Of a stretch of 46,909 bases of DNA, positions 28,087 through 36,385 are shown piece after piece; within the stretch, counting starts at the first letter, position 1, and every line of letters begins with the position of its first letter. The DNA comes from Rickettsiales bacterium. GTDB lineage: Bacteria; Pseudomonadota; Alphaproteobacteria; Rickettsiales; UBA1997. The notes below the pieces were generated by a model that saw nothing but the letters and a program-made list of their open reading frames with translations, did not search any database and had not been told where the DNA came from. The position numbers were made by a program, and so were the translations under genes. The stretch is from contig CANEUK010000001.1 of assembly GCA_947441695.1 (NCBI GenBank), positions 1 to 46,909 of the forward strand, read 5' to 3'.

Positions 28087-29049
28087 ATGACCAATATAAT
28101 CAATTTTAACGATCCCAAAAAAGAAGCAATTGCTCCAACTAACAACATTTTGTTACAAAAAGAAAAAAATCGCCAAGAGTGGGTTAAAAAAGCAGAAATT
28201 CTCTGCGAAGCTTTGCCTTACATGCGAAAATTCGCTGGAGAAACTTTTGTAATTAAATTTGGCGGTTCGGCAATTGGCACCAGCAACGATTTGAAAAATT
28301 TTGCCAAAAATGTTGTTTTGCTAAAACAGGTTGGAATCAATCCAATTGTAGTTCACGGCGGCGGGCCACAAATTGGTCAAATGCTAAATAGGTTGAATAT
28401 AAAATCTTCTTTCATTGATGGTTTGCGCGTTACAGATTCTGATACTGTTGACGTGGTTGAAATGGTTTTGGCTGGCTCAATTAACAAAGCCATTGTCAAA
28501 GAAATTAATGCTGCGTCTGGTAAAGCAGTTGGAATTTGCGGAAAAGATGGAAACTTAATTCGCGCCAAAAGATTAACTCGCACCAAAAAAGATCGCGATT
28601 CTAATGTTGAGCAAATTCTTAATATGGGCTTTGTTGGCGAGCCTTATTTAATTGATCCAGAAATTTTAGTTCTATTCGAAGATTCAGACATTATTCCAGT
28701 AATTGCTCCAATTGGAATTGGAGATAATGGCGAAACTTTCAACATCAACGCCGATACCGCAGCTGGCGCAATTGCCGGAGCTTTGCAAGCTTCTAAACTG
28801 ATAATTTTGTCCGATGTTGATGGCGTAATGCTTCCAAATGGCGAGTTGGTAAGTCATTTGAACATTTCAACCGCAAGACAAATGATTATTGACGGCGTGA
28901 TAACCGGCGGAATGATTCCCAAAATAGAAACTTGCATTAACGCTCTCGAAGCTGGAATTGGTCACGCCCACATTTTAAATGGCGGCGTCGATAATATTTT
29001 GTTGATGGAAATTTTTACCGAAAGCGGCGCGGGAACCATGATTTTGTAG
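28087..29049 (+). CDS. argB: Acetylglutamate kinase
   Basis: EALPYMRKFAGETFVIKFGGSA, VVHGGGPQI and the remaining AAK-fold motifs. Confidence 0.9.
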   Translation: MTNIINFNDPKKEAIAPTNNILLQKEKNRQEWVKKAEILCEALPYMRKFAGETFVIKFGGSAIGTSNDLKNFAKNVVLLKQVGINPIVVHGGGPQIGQMLNRLNIKSSFIDGLRVTDSDTVDVVEMVLAGSINKAIVKEINAASGKAVGICGKDGNLIRAKRLTRTKKDRDSNVEQILNMGFVGEPYLIDPEILVLFEDSDIIPVIAPIGIGDNGETFNINADTAAGAIAGALQASKLIILSDVDGVMLPNGELVSHLNISTARQMIIDGVITGGMIPKIETCINALEAGIGHAHILNGGVDNILLMEIFTESGAGTMIL

Positions 29050-29065
29050 CTCAATTTAAGCCTTA

Positions 29066-30607
29066 TCAATGCTTAAAATGGCGCGTCTTAACAAAATAAA
29101 GCGCAATTCCTTTTTCATCAGCTTTGGCAATTACTTCTTCATCGCGCATTGATCCGCCGGGCGCGATGATCGCTTTGATGCCAAAAAATGCGGCAATTTC
29201 GATATTATCGGCAAATGGGAAAAATGCGTCAGAAGCCATAAATCCGCCTTTCGCTTTATCAATTTTTTTCTCACCATCAAAAAATTCCGCCGCTTTTTTG
29301 CAGGCAATTTCGCAAGAATCAACGCGACTCATTTGTCCCGCGCCAATTCCCACAGTTTGAAAATCTTGTACCACAATTATCGCGTTTGATTTCACATGTT
29401 TGCAAACATTCATCGCAAAAATTAATTGTTCGATTTCAGTTTCGTTGGCGGCTTTTTTTGTGACTAATTTTAAGTCATTTTTAGTGATGTTTTTTTGATC
29501 TAATTCTTGAATCAAAAACCCGCCCGATATTGATTTTACTTGAATTTCCGCCGATTTTTTAAAGTCGGCAATCAAAACTCGTAAATTCTTTTTCGCAGCT
29601 AAAATTGCTTGCGCTTTTTCATCGATTTCGCGCGCAATAATCACTTCAAAAAACATTTTAGAAAGTTCAAGCGCCAAAGCTTCGTCAATTTTTCCGTTTA
29701 GCGCCACAATGCCGCCAAAAGCCGATTTTGAATCAGACGAAAGCGCGCGCGCGTAAGCTTCAAACAATGTTTCGCCAATCGCAGTTCCGCAAGGATTGGC
29801 ATGTTTAATAATCGCGCAAGCTGGTTTTTGAAATTCCAAAACCAAATTATAAGCCGCGTCCGAATCATTTAAATTATTATAGCTCAATTCTTTTCCTTGT
29901 AGCTGTTTGGCGTTTACAATTCCCGAATTTGAAGTTGAAAACACGGCCGCTTTTTGGTGCGAATTTTCGCCGTAGCGCAATTCTTGTTTTAAGTTTCCGC
30001 GAAGTGAAAAATCGCTTTGGTTAAACCAGTTTGAAATTGCCAAATCATAATCGGCAATGTTTTTAAAGGCTTGCGCCGCCAGTTTTTTTCTAAATTCAAA
30101 ACTTGTCGCGCCCGAATTTTTTTCTATTTCCGCCAGCAAATTTTGATATTGTGCCGACGATGTAATTACAGTTTTGTAACCAAAGTTTTTTGAAGCCGAA
30201 CGCACCATCGCCGGCCCGCCAATATCAATGTTTTCGATGATTTCTTCTTCGTCAGAAGTTTTAGCAACCGTTTCAACAAACGGATAAAGATTGATTATCA
30301 GCAAATCAATTGCATCAATTTCATGTTCAGCCGCCGCCTTCACATGTTCAACATTATCCAGCACCGCCAACAACGCGCCGTGAACTTTCGGATGCAAAGT
30401 TTTCACCCGCCCATCCATCATTTCTGGAAAACCCGTAAAATCAGAAATATCTTTATTGGCGATATTATTTTGCGTTAAAAGTTTGGAAGTTCCGCCCGTA
30501 GAAATTATTTCAACACCGCGCGCAGCCAAATTCTGCGCCAGCTCAACAATTCCCGATTTATCCGAAACTGAAATTAAACAACGTTTTATTTTTTGTAGAT
30601 TTTGCAT
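29066..30607 (-). CDS. purH: Bifunctional AICAR transformylase / IMP cyclohydrolase
   Basis: CLISVSDKSGIVELA, VKTLHPKVHGALL and full-length PurH-like sequence (513 aa). Confidence 0.93.
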   Translation of the reverse strand: MQNLQKIKRCLISVSDKSGIVELAQNLAARGVEIISTGGTSKLLTQNNIANKDISDFTGFPEMMDGRVKTLHPKVHGALLAVLDNVEHVKAAAEHEIDAIDLLIINLYPFVETVAKTSDEEEIIENIDIGGPAMVRSASKNFGYKTVITSSAQYQNLLAEIEKNSGATSFEFRKKLAAQAFKNIADYDLAISNWFNQSDFSLRGNLKQELRYGENSHQKAAVFSTSNSGIVNAKQLQGKELSYNNLNDSDAAYNLVLEFQKPACAIIKHANPCGTAIGETLFEAYARALSSDSKSAFGGIVALNGKIDEALALELSKMFFEVIIAREIDEKAQAILAAKKNLRVLIADFKKSAEIQVKSISGGFLIQELDQKNITKNDLKLVTKKAANETEIEQLIFAMNVCKHVKSNAIIVVQDFQTVGIGAGQMSRVDSCEIACKKAAEFFDGEKKIDKAKGGFMASDAFFPFADNIEIAAFFGIKAIIAPGGSMRDEEVIAKADEKGIALYFVKTRHFKH

Positions 30608-30642
30608 TTTTTTAAGAGTTGGTTTTGAAAATTTTTTAAGAT

Positions 30643-31017
30643 TTAGTTTGAATAAAATTGCTGATTTATAAATTTCATTGCTTCTTCTTCCGATTCTTCA
30701 ATCGCCATTTCAACCGCTTTTTTGGCAAGTTCGAGCAATTTTTCACTTTTAGATTTTAGGGCGAAACTTTCTTGAATAAGCAAAGAAATTTGCGATTGGG
30801 TTTTTGGGTCGATTAGCGGCAAAGGAATTTTTAAAAACTCATCCTTGTTAATCGCGGTAAGAATTGTTCCAGAACAGCTTTGTTTTAAGATAATTTTAAT
30901 TTTTTTACGCGACACGAGTTGCGCCCCCTGCGTTGCTGGGAACTCCAATCTCATAAGAAAACTTCGGTCGAGTTTGAAGTAACTTTGGTATATAAAATTA
31001 TTTTTTGATAAGCCCAA
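30643..31017 (-). pseudogene. C-terminal fragment of a type I restriction-modification specificity subunit (HsdS-like)
   Basis: 124 aa, compared with roughly 400 aa for an intact HsdS. It retains the end of a target-recognition domain plus the conserved helix (LKIPLPLIDPKTQSQISLLIQESFALKSKSEKLLELAKKAVEMAIE). No HsdM or HsdR is nearby. Its 5-prime end overlaps the ParA-like gene. Confidence 0.55.
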
Positions 31018-32107
31018 TTAAGCCATCCACAATTTTACTATAGGAATCACTTATGCTTTTAAATGAAATCGCATATTGTCCTTTTTCTTTTGTTATATCA
31101 ACCACCATGGTTTTTGAGTCCTTATATTTGTTGCATAGTTCTTGGGTTAGATAGACAACTGGAACACCAGCTTTCTCAGCTATTGATCTTAATTGCGAAG
31201 TAAAATCACAGCATTTTTGAATTATAAAAGGATTGGAGTTAGCGCCAAAAATATCTCTAAATTCTTCTTCTGATATTGAAAGATTCCCGCGCGAAGCATA
31301 TTGCTGAAATTTTCTTACACTAGTATTTACGTCCTCTATCCATTTTTCAGCTGATCTTGAAAAAGATGTGCCTTCTTTTACACTTCCTCCATTAAATCTT
31401 TTAGCCATTTGCACCACCAAACCCAAAAACTTTGGTTGGAAATTTACACCTTTAAAACTTTTTGTTGTTTCATAATCTCTAAGCAACCTAATCCAATTCT
31501 GAAAAATAGAGCTTAAATTATCTATTGCCTGTAAAGAGAAAAATGCTGGGGAAACTGGTGCTATAAAGTAATCACTCGTCATCATTATCATAGCATTAAT
31601 TATACTGCTAGCGCTTGGCGATGTATCAACTAGGATAAAATCGTAATTATTTTTTTGTTTTCTAAAAGCATGTTCAAATTTACCAGGTATGTCATTAGTA
31701 AATTCGTTTCGGTTTTTAATTATTCCATAAAGATCAGCTTCTATATTTGAGAGATTTATGGCTCCAGAAATTAGATCAACATAACCTTTGTTGGCATACC
31801 TTGATTTAACTCTATATATATCCTTATCAGAAGATTGAGATTTCATTTCAACATCAAGATATTCTGAAAGAGAAATATATTTTTTAACATTCTCACTCCA
31901 TTTAGAATCTTCTTCTGTTGAGTATTCAACACTTGTTGAAAGCCCATATACTGCTGCCGTAAGATTCATTTGAGGATCGGCATCTATCAGCAATACTCTA
32001 TATCCTTTATCCGCTAGAATAAAACCTAAATTATGAACTAAGGTTGTTTTTCCAACTCCGCCTTTGTGATTAAAAAAAGTTATAATTTTTCCCATATTAT
32101 CTAACAC
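30998..32107 (-). CDS. Orphan ParA/MinD-superfamily ATPase with a long C-terminal extension
   Basis: Deviant Walker A NHKGGVGKTT, LLIDADPQ and a Walker B-like ILVDTSP. At 369 aa it is about 100 aa longer than the chromosomal ParA at 43892. There is no adjacent ParB. Confidence 0.75.
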   Translation of the reverse strand: MLDNMGKIITFFNHKGGVGKTTLVHNLGFILADKGYRVLLIDADPQMNLTAAVYGLSTSVEYSTEEDSKWSENVKKYISLSEYLDVEMKSQSSDKDIYRVKSRYANKGYVDLISGAINLSNIEADLYGIIKNRNEFTNDIPGKFEHAFRKQKNNYDFILVDTSPSASSIINAMIMMTSDYFIAPVSPAFFSLQAIDNLSSIFQNWIRLLRDYETTKSFKGVNFQPKFLGLVVQMAKRFNGGSVKEGTSFSRSAEKWIEDVNTSVRKFQQYASRGNLSISEEEFRDIFGANSNPFIIQKCCDFTSQLRSIAEKAGVPVVYLTQELCNKYKDSKTMVVDITKEKGQYAISFKSISDSYSKIVDGLIGLIKK

Positions 32108-32116
32108 AATTATTGA

Positions 32117-32470
32117 TTAATTTTTTAAATATAAATTCACTTTCTTTGCTGCTGAAGCGCCGTCAGAAACCATCCAAATATCTGAGTAAACATGTCAATA
32201 TTTTTCATCACAATATCAGCTCAAAGACTTAAAGTTCAATTTCTTATTGCTTTTTTCGAGTAGTTTTTAGTTCTTACTTTACATCTCTCTAAATCATTCC
32301 AATCAAGCATTCTTTATCAGTTCCGCGAACTCTTTTGATTATCAGGAAATTATCGCTATTTCTTCTTTAGTCGCCCCAATATAAGTTTCGTCGACTTCAA
32401 TAACTGCTCAAAAGTTCGTCAATTTGGTTTTAGCAAATAAATCTTGACTGATTTTGTATTTGGTTTGCAT
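32117..32470 (-). mobile_element. Decayed IS1595-family (ISXO2-like) transposase remnant
   Basis: Minus-strand translation across at least three frames gives AVIEVDETYIGATKEE / KRVRGTDKECLIGMI / ERCKVRTKNYSKK / HVYSDIW. These correspond to the (V/I)E(V/I)DETY(I/V)GG...KRGRGT...TD signature of the IS1595 DDE domain. Multiple stops and frameshifts are present, and I saw no intact inverted repeats. Confidence 0.55.
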
Positions 32471-32473
32471 TTC

Positions 32474-32646
32474 TTAAGAATTAATTATTTGTAAAATTTT
32501 GTGAAAACCCTCGTCAATCGTGAGATTGTCGTTGTTTATTACAATTGTGTCTGGGGCGATTTTTAGTGGTACGAAATTTTTTGTAGGTTGGCATTTTTTT
32601 GAGATTTTTTTTAAAACTCCAGCTGCCTTTAAGTAATTTTTTATCA
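32474..32646 (-). pseudogene. Possible C-terminal remnant of a nucleotide kinase (cytidylate kinase-like)
   Basis: A stop-free 57-codon stretch with no ATG ends ...FVPLKIAPDTIVINNDNLTIDEGFHKILQIINS. This resembles the Cmk C-terminus (PL..A.DA..ID...L.I.E....I). Upstream sequence is degenerate. Confidence 0.3.
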
Positions 32647-32771
32647 ATCAAACAATATTTTTACCTTAGTTTTGAACTTAAATTTTGATCAAATTTTGCG
32701 ACAAAGAATAAAAAATGTATTAAGAATATTGTAGTTAGAATGATTTTCGATTTCTTATTCAAGTTGCGCCA

Positions 32772-34313
32772 TCACAATTTATTTTCTGCGAGTTTTTCTA
32801 AATTTTTTTGCGCTTGCGACAAAATTTCTTGAAGTTTTGATTTTTCCATTTTGCGCAAATTGGCGTAAGCAAAGGTTAGACGCTGATTATTTTTAAGTTG
32901 CGCTTCATTTTTTTGTAAAAAATTCCAATAAAGCGCGTTGAAAGGGCAGGCTTTTTCACCAACCATAATTTCGGGGTCAAAGCGGCAAGATTTACAAAAA
33001 TTCGACATGCGCGAAATATATTTTCCGCTCGCCGCATAAGGCTTGCTTGCCATAATTCCGCCATCGGCGTGCAACGCCATTCCAATTGCGTTTGGAGCTT
33101 CAACCCACTCAAAAGCATCAGCATAAACTGCTAAATACCATTCATGAACTTGCTTGGGATTTATGCCAGCAATCAAGGCAAAATTTCCGCTAATCATCAG
33201 TCGTTGAATGTGGTGCGAATAAGCGTTTTCTTTGGTTTGTTTGACTACTTCGCTCAAGCAAAACATTTGGGTTTTTGCGTTCCAATAAAATTCGGGTAAA
33301 TCTTTTTTGGCGTTAAGAAAGTTGCTTTCTAAATATTGCGGCATGTTCAACCAGTAGATTCCGCGCACATATTCGCGCCAACCAAGAATTTGGCGAATAA
33401 ATCCTTCAACAGCATTTAGTGGCGCTTTGCCTGCGTGATAAGCGGTTTCCGCCATTTTGCAAATTTCAAGCGGCTCAAGCAATCCAACATTAATATAACA
33501 AGAAAGCAGCGAGTGATAAAGATAAGGCTCATTTGAAAGCATCGCATCTTGGTAATCGCCAAAATTAATCAGCAATTCGTCAATAAAATGTTTGGCTTCA
33601 ATTATTGCTTGATCGCGAGTTACAGCAAAATGAAAAGGCAATAAATCGCCAAAATTTTTTGGAAATTTTTCGGCGACTAAATCTAAAACTTCTGAAGTAA
33701 TTGCGTCTTTTTTGTGACTGATTCTTGGCGGCGATTTCATGCCAGTTTTTGGTGCTTTGCGATTTTCGATGTCGTAATTCCATTTGCCGCCAATTGGCTT
33801 ATTTGTAGCATCAAGCAAGATTTTATGTTTTTTGCGCATCTCGCGGTAAAAAAACTCTAAGCGTAATTGTTTTTTGCCTTTTGCCCAATTTCTAAACTCA
33901 ACTTGGCTACATAAAAAACGAGTGTCGGGAAAAATTTCGAAAGTGATTTTATAAATTTTTTGCCAGTGCAAAACTTTTTGCCAAACCCGATATTCTGAAG
34001 GTTCGGTTAAAGAAACTTTTTGCGGCTGATATTTCTCAATTGCTCTTTTTAGCTCTTCGTCAAACGAACCAGAATTTTTTGCGTCATCAAGTTTTACGTA
34101 ATCAACTTTGAATTTTTTATCGCGTAATTCTTGGGCGAAATGACGCATTGCTGTAAAAATAAAGGCGATTTTTTTCTTGTGATGGGCTGCGTAAGTTGCT
34201 TCTTCACTAACTTCGCACATTAAAATCACGTCATTTTCCTTATCAGTGTGCTGTAAATTAAGCAGCGAATGCGACAACTGATCGCCAAAAATAAAATGTA
34301 GATTTTCAGTCAT
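32772..34313 (-). CDS. Cryptochrome/photolyase-family protein of the FeS-containing bacterial type (FeS-BCP / (6-4) photolyase-like)
   Basis: COG3046-type sequence (HFIFGDQLS N-terminus). The C-terminal four-Cys pattern (FCLSEV ... FCKSCRF ... KACPFNALYW) is as in iron-sulfur photolyases. The start is chosen at MTENLHFIFGDQL (ATG 34313) rather than 34370. Confidence 0.8.
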   Translation of the reverse strand: MTENLHFIFGDQLSHSLLNLQHTDKENDVILMCEVSEEATYAAHHKKKIAFIFTAMRHFAQELRDKKFKVDYVKLDDAKNSGSFDEELKRAIEKYQPQKVSLTEPSEYRVWQKVLHWQKIYKITFEIFPDTRFLCSQVEFRNWAKGKKQLRLEFFYREMRKKHKILLDATNKPIGGKWNYDIENRKAPKTGMKSPPRISHKKDAITSEVLDLVAEKFPKNFGDLLPFHFAVTRDQAIIEAKHFIDELLINFGDYQDAMLSNEPYLYHSLLSCYINVGLLEPLEICKMAETAYHAGKAPLNAVEGFIRQILGWREYVRGIYWLNMPQYLESNFLNAKKDLPEFYWNAKTQMFCLSEVVKQTKENAYSHHIQRLMISGNFALIAGINPKQVHEWYLAVYADAFEWVEAPNAIGMALHADGGIMASKPYAASGKYISRMSNFCKSCRFDPEIMVGEKACPFNALYWNFLQKNEAQLKNNQRLTFAYANLRKMEKSKLQEILSQAQKNLEKLAENKL

Positions 34314-34336
34314 GTGAGAAGTTTGGATTGTTTTGT

Positions 34337-34765
34337 TTAGCTTATTTTGATCAGTGCCAGAGATATACAAACAATCATGGTAACGTTGATACGGGTTTGA
34401 AAATATTTTGCCTCGATTAAGTCTAATTGTTTGAGATGATAATCGACCGCAAGCAAAGACAAAAAGCTAAAAATTAAATTCAGAAAAAACCCAGAACTGC
34501 TAATTAAAAAAAACGAAAACCAACACAACAAAGTGATAATATTGCTGATTAAAAATAAGTTTAACTTGGGCTTTTGTTTAAAAGTTAAATATTGCCCCCA
34601 ATTAACGCCCGCCATGAAAGAAATAATTGCTAGGCCGTAAGATTTAATAATATTTTCAAAAAAAATTTCTGAAGAAAGTTGCAATTTTGCGCTAAAAAAA
34701 ATTGCTGCGACGATAAAGGGAATACATCCCAAATAAGCTAAAAAATGATTAAGATTTTTATTCAT
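34337..34765 (-). CDS. DUF3429-like small polytopic membrane protein
   Basis: 142 aa with four hydrophobic helices. The N-terminal [10 protein letters not shown] motif is typical of DUF3429, a family often found near photolyase genes. Confidence 0.6.
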   Translation of the reverse strand: MNKNLNHFLAYLGCIPFIVAAIFFSAKLQLSSEIFFENIIKSYGLAIISFMAGVNWGQYLTFKQKPKLNLFLISNIITLLCWFSFFLISSSGFFLNLIFSFLSLLAVDYHLKQLDLIEAKYFQTRINVTMIVCISLALIKIS

Positions 34766-34910
34766 TTTGGTTTTTATTTTTACGACATTTGTCAGAGCAA
34801 TATTTCACCTGATCCCAAACCTTCTGCCACTTTTTTCGCCAAGTAAATGGTCGATTGCATTTTATGCAAATTTTTTGCGGTAAATTTTCTTTTTTAACTT
34901 TGTTTTTCAT
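34758..34910 (-). CDS. DUF2256-like small zinc-binding protein (not in the ORF track, 50 aa)
   Basis: Hand translation gives [50 protein letters not shown]. The C..C...F.WRKKW...W..V.YCS..CR pattern matches DUF2256. The stop overlaps the DUF3429 start (ATGAATAA). Confidence 0.7.
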   Translation of the reverse strand: MKNKVKKENLPQKICIKCNRPFTWRKKWQKVWDQVKYCSDKCRKNKNQNE

Positions 34911-34949
34911 TGGCTATTTTGGCTTTTTAAATGGTTTTAGGCCTTACAA

Positions 34950-35309
34950 TTAAGCTCTATTTAAATCGCCGCGTTTCTGTTCAATAATTTTGGTTTTTTT
35001 TGGCTCGAAAAATTTTTGCAAAACCGGAATCGATTTGTGTGCGTCGCAAGAGCCGCAAACAAAAATATCAAGAGCGGCGTAATTAAATTCTGGCCAAGTG
35101 TGAATGGTAATGTGCGATTCGGCAAGAATTGCCACGCCGGTAATGCCGCAATTTTCTCCGAAAGAATGTAATTTAGTTTCAAGAACTGTCGCGCCGCAGG
35201 CTAGAGCCGATTCGCTTAAAGCTTTGAGAATGTGTTTTTTATCTTGCAAATTTTTGGCCTCAAAAAAATCGATTAAAAGGTGAGTTCCTGGAGTAAAATT
35301 TTTGCTCAT
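34950..35309 (-). CDS. speD: S-adenosylmethionine decarboxylase proenzyme, small pyruvoyl type (Bacillus/Thermotoga class)
   Basis: 119 aa. GTHLLIDFFEAKNL, the self-processing site LAESHITIHTWPE (Glu-Ser cleavage) and AALDIFVCG are present. Confidence 0.85.
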   Translation of the reverse strand: MSKNFTPGTHLLIDFFEAKNLQDKKHILKALSESALACGATVLETKLHSFGENCGITGVAILAESHITIHTWPEFNYAALDIFVCGSCDAHKSIPVLQKFFEPKKTKIIEQKRGDLNRA

Positions 35310-36385
35310 AATTTTTTTGATAGATTAAAAAATAAAATTTTCTTCCAATTGGCGTCGTCTTTTAATCGCCAAATAAAGGCGTCCAAAATGTAGTGAGTGG
35401 CTTGGGGCAAAGCAAGCAGCGGAACTAGCCAAACTAAAAATGCGTCGGATGAAATTGCGGGAATTTGAAAAATCAATTGATGTTCATGCCAAATAAAACC
35501 GTCCCACAAAGCTTCTTCTGCAAACGCCAAAAGCAAAACTAAAATTAGATAAAAAGGTAATTTTTTGTAGGTAAAAAAGTTTTTTAACCAAGGAAAAACG
35601 TAAGAATTTTTTATTTTAGATTGATTGAAAGAATAAACCCAAATCAAGGCAGAATAAGCGATTCCGTGGGCAATAATATTGCTGGCACTAAAAATTAGGT
35701 CGTTGTTGAAAAAAACAATACCAACAAACCACGAAGAGGCGGTGCTAAAAAGGAGCAGATTTTTTGGCCAGTTAAAAAATTTATTGGTGGCAAGTAAAAA
35801 AATTTCTTTCACGAAATAAGCCGCAAACACTCCAAAATAAAGGGCTTGCGCTGTATAAAAAAAGATTCCTGCGTTAAATGAAAAAAAATCTCCCTCAATA
35901 AACCAATTAAAATCTCGCGCGTGGCAATGCCAATAAATCAGCGGATAAATTGTTGCTAAATAAATTGCTGTCTGATCAAGAATTTTAAATTTTTTTGCAT
36001 CAACGCGCGCGTAAATCATCATGAATCCATATTGCTGGCGCACAAAATGAAGCACCGCGAAATAAGCAAGAACCCGCCAAAATAACAAAGCATCAATTGA
36101 ATAAAGAAAGCAGCCAGAAATCCAAGCTAACAAAGGAACCAAAGTGTAAAGCGTTGCTCTTTTATTTAATTCGTCTCGATCCAAATAAGTGCGAAAAATT
36201 GTGCTATAAACGTGTCCGGCGTCAATACCAACCACCAAAACAAACCAAATCCACAAAGGCATTTCGCTGATTGATTGAATTTGCTGATTAAAAATCAAAA
36301 CCATCGCCGTGATGAAAATTGCGGGGCCAATTATTAGCCCAAGATCAAAGCGGGGAGAAAAAATCCAAGGCTGGGTTTTGTTCAT
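35306..36385 (-). CDS. Polytopic (about 9-10 TM) membrane protein with several conserved-looking His motifs; unknown family
   Basis: 359 aa and highly hydrophobic. Motifs are DAGHVYSTIFRTY, LHFVRQQYG, WHCHARD, AHGIAYS, WHEHQ and ATHYILDAFIWR. It has ATGA-type 4-nt overlaps with both neighbours. Confidence 0.6.
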   Translation of the reverse strand: MNKTQPWIFSPRFDLGLIIGPAIFITAMVLIFNQQIQSISEMPLWIWFVLVVGIDAGHVYSTIFRTYLDRDELNKRATLYTLVPLLAWISGCFLYSIDALLFWRVLAYFAVLHFVRQQYGFMMIYARVDAKKFKILDQTAIYLATIYPLIYWHCHARDFNWFIEGDFFSFNAGIFFYTAQALYFGVFAAYFVKEIFLLATNKFFNWPKNLLLFSTASSWFVGIVFFNNDLIFSASNIIAHGIAYSALIWVYSFNQSKIKNSYVFPWLKNFFTYKKLPFYLILVLLLAFAEEALWDGFIWHEHQLIFQIPAISSDAFLVWLVPLLALPQATHYILDAFIWRLKDDANWKKILFFNLSKKL

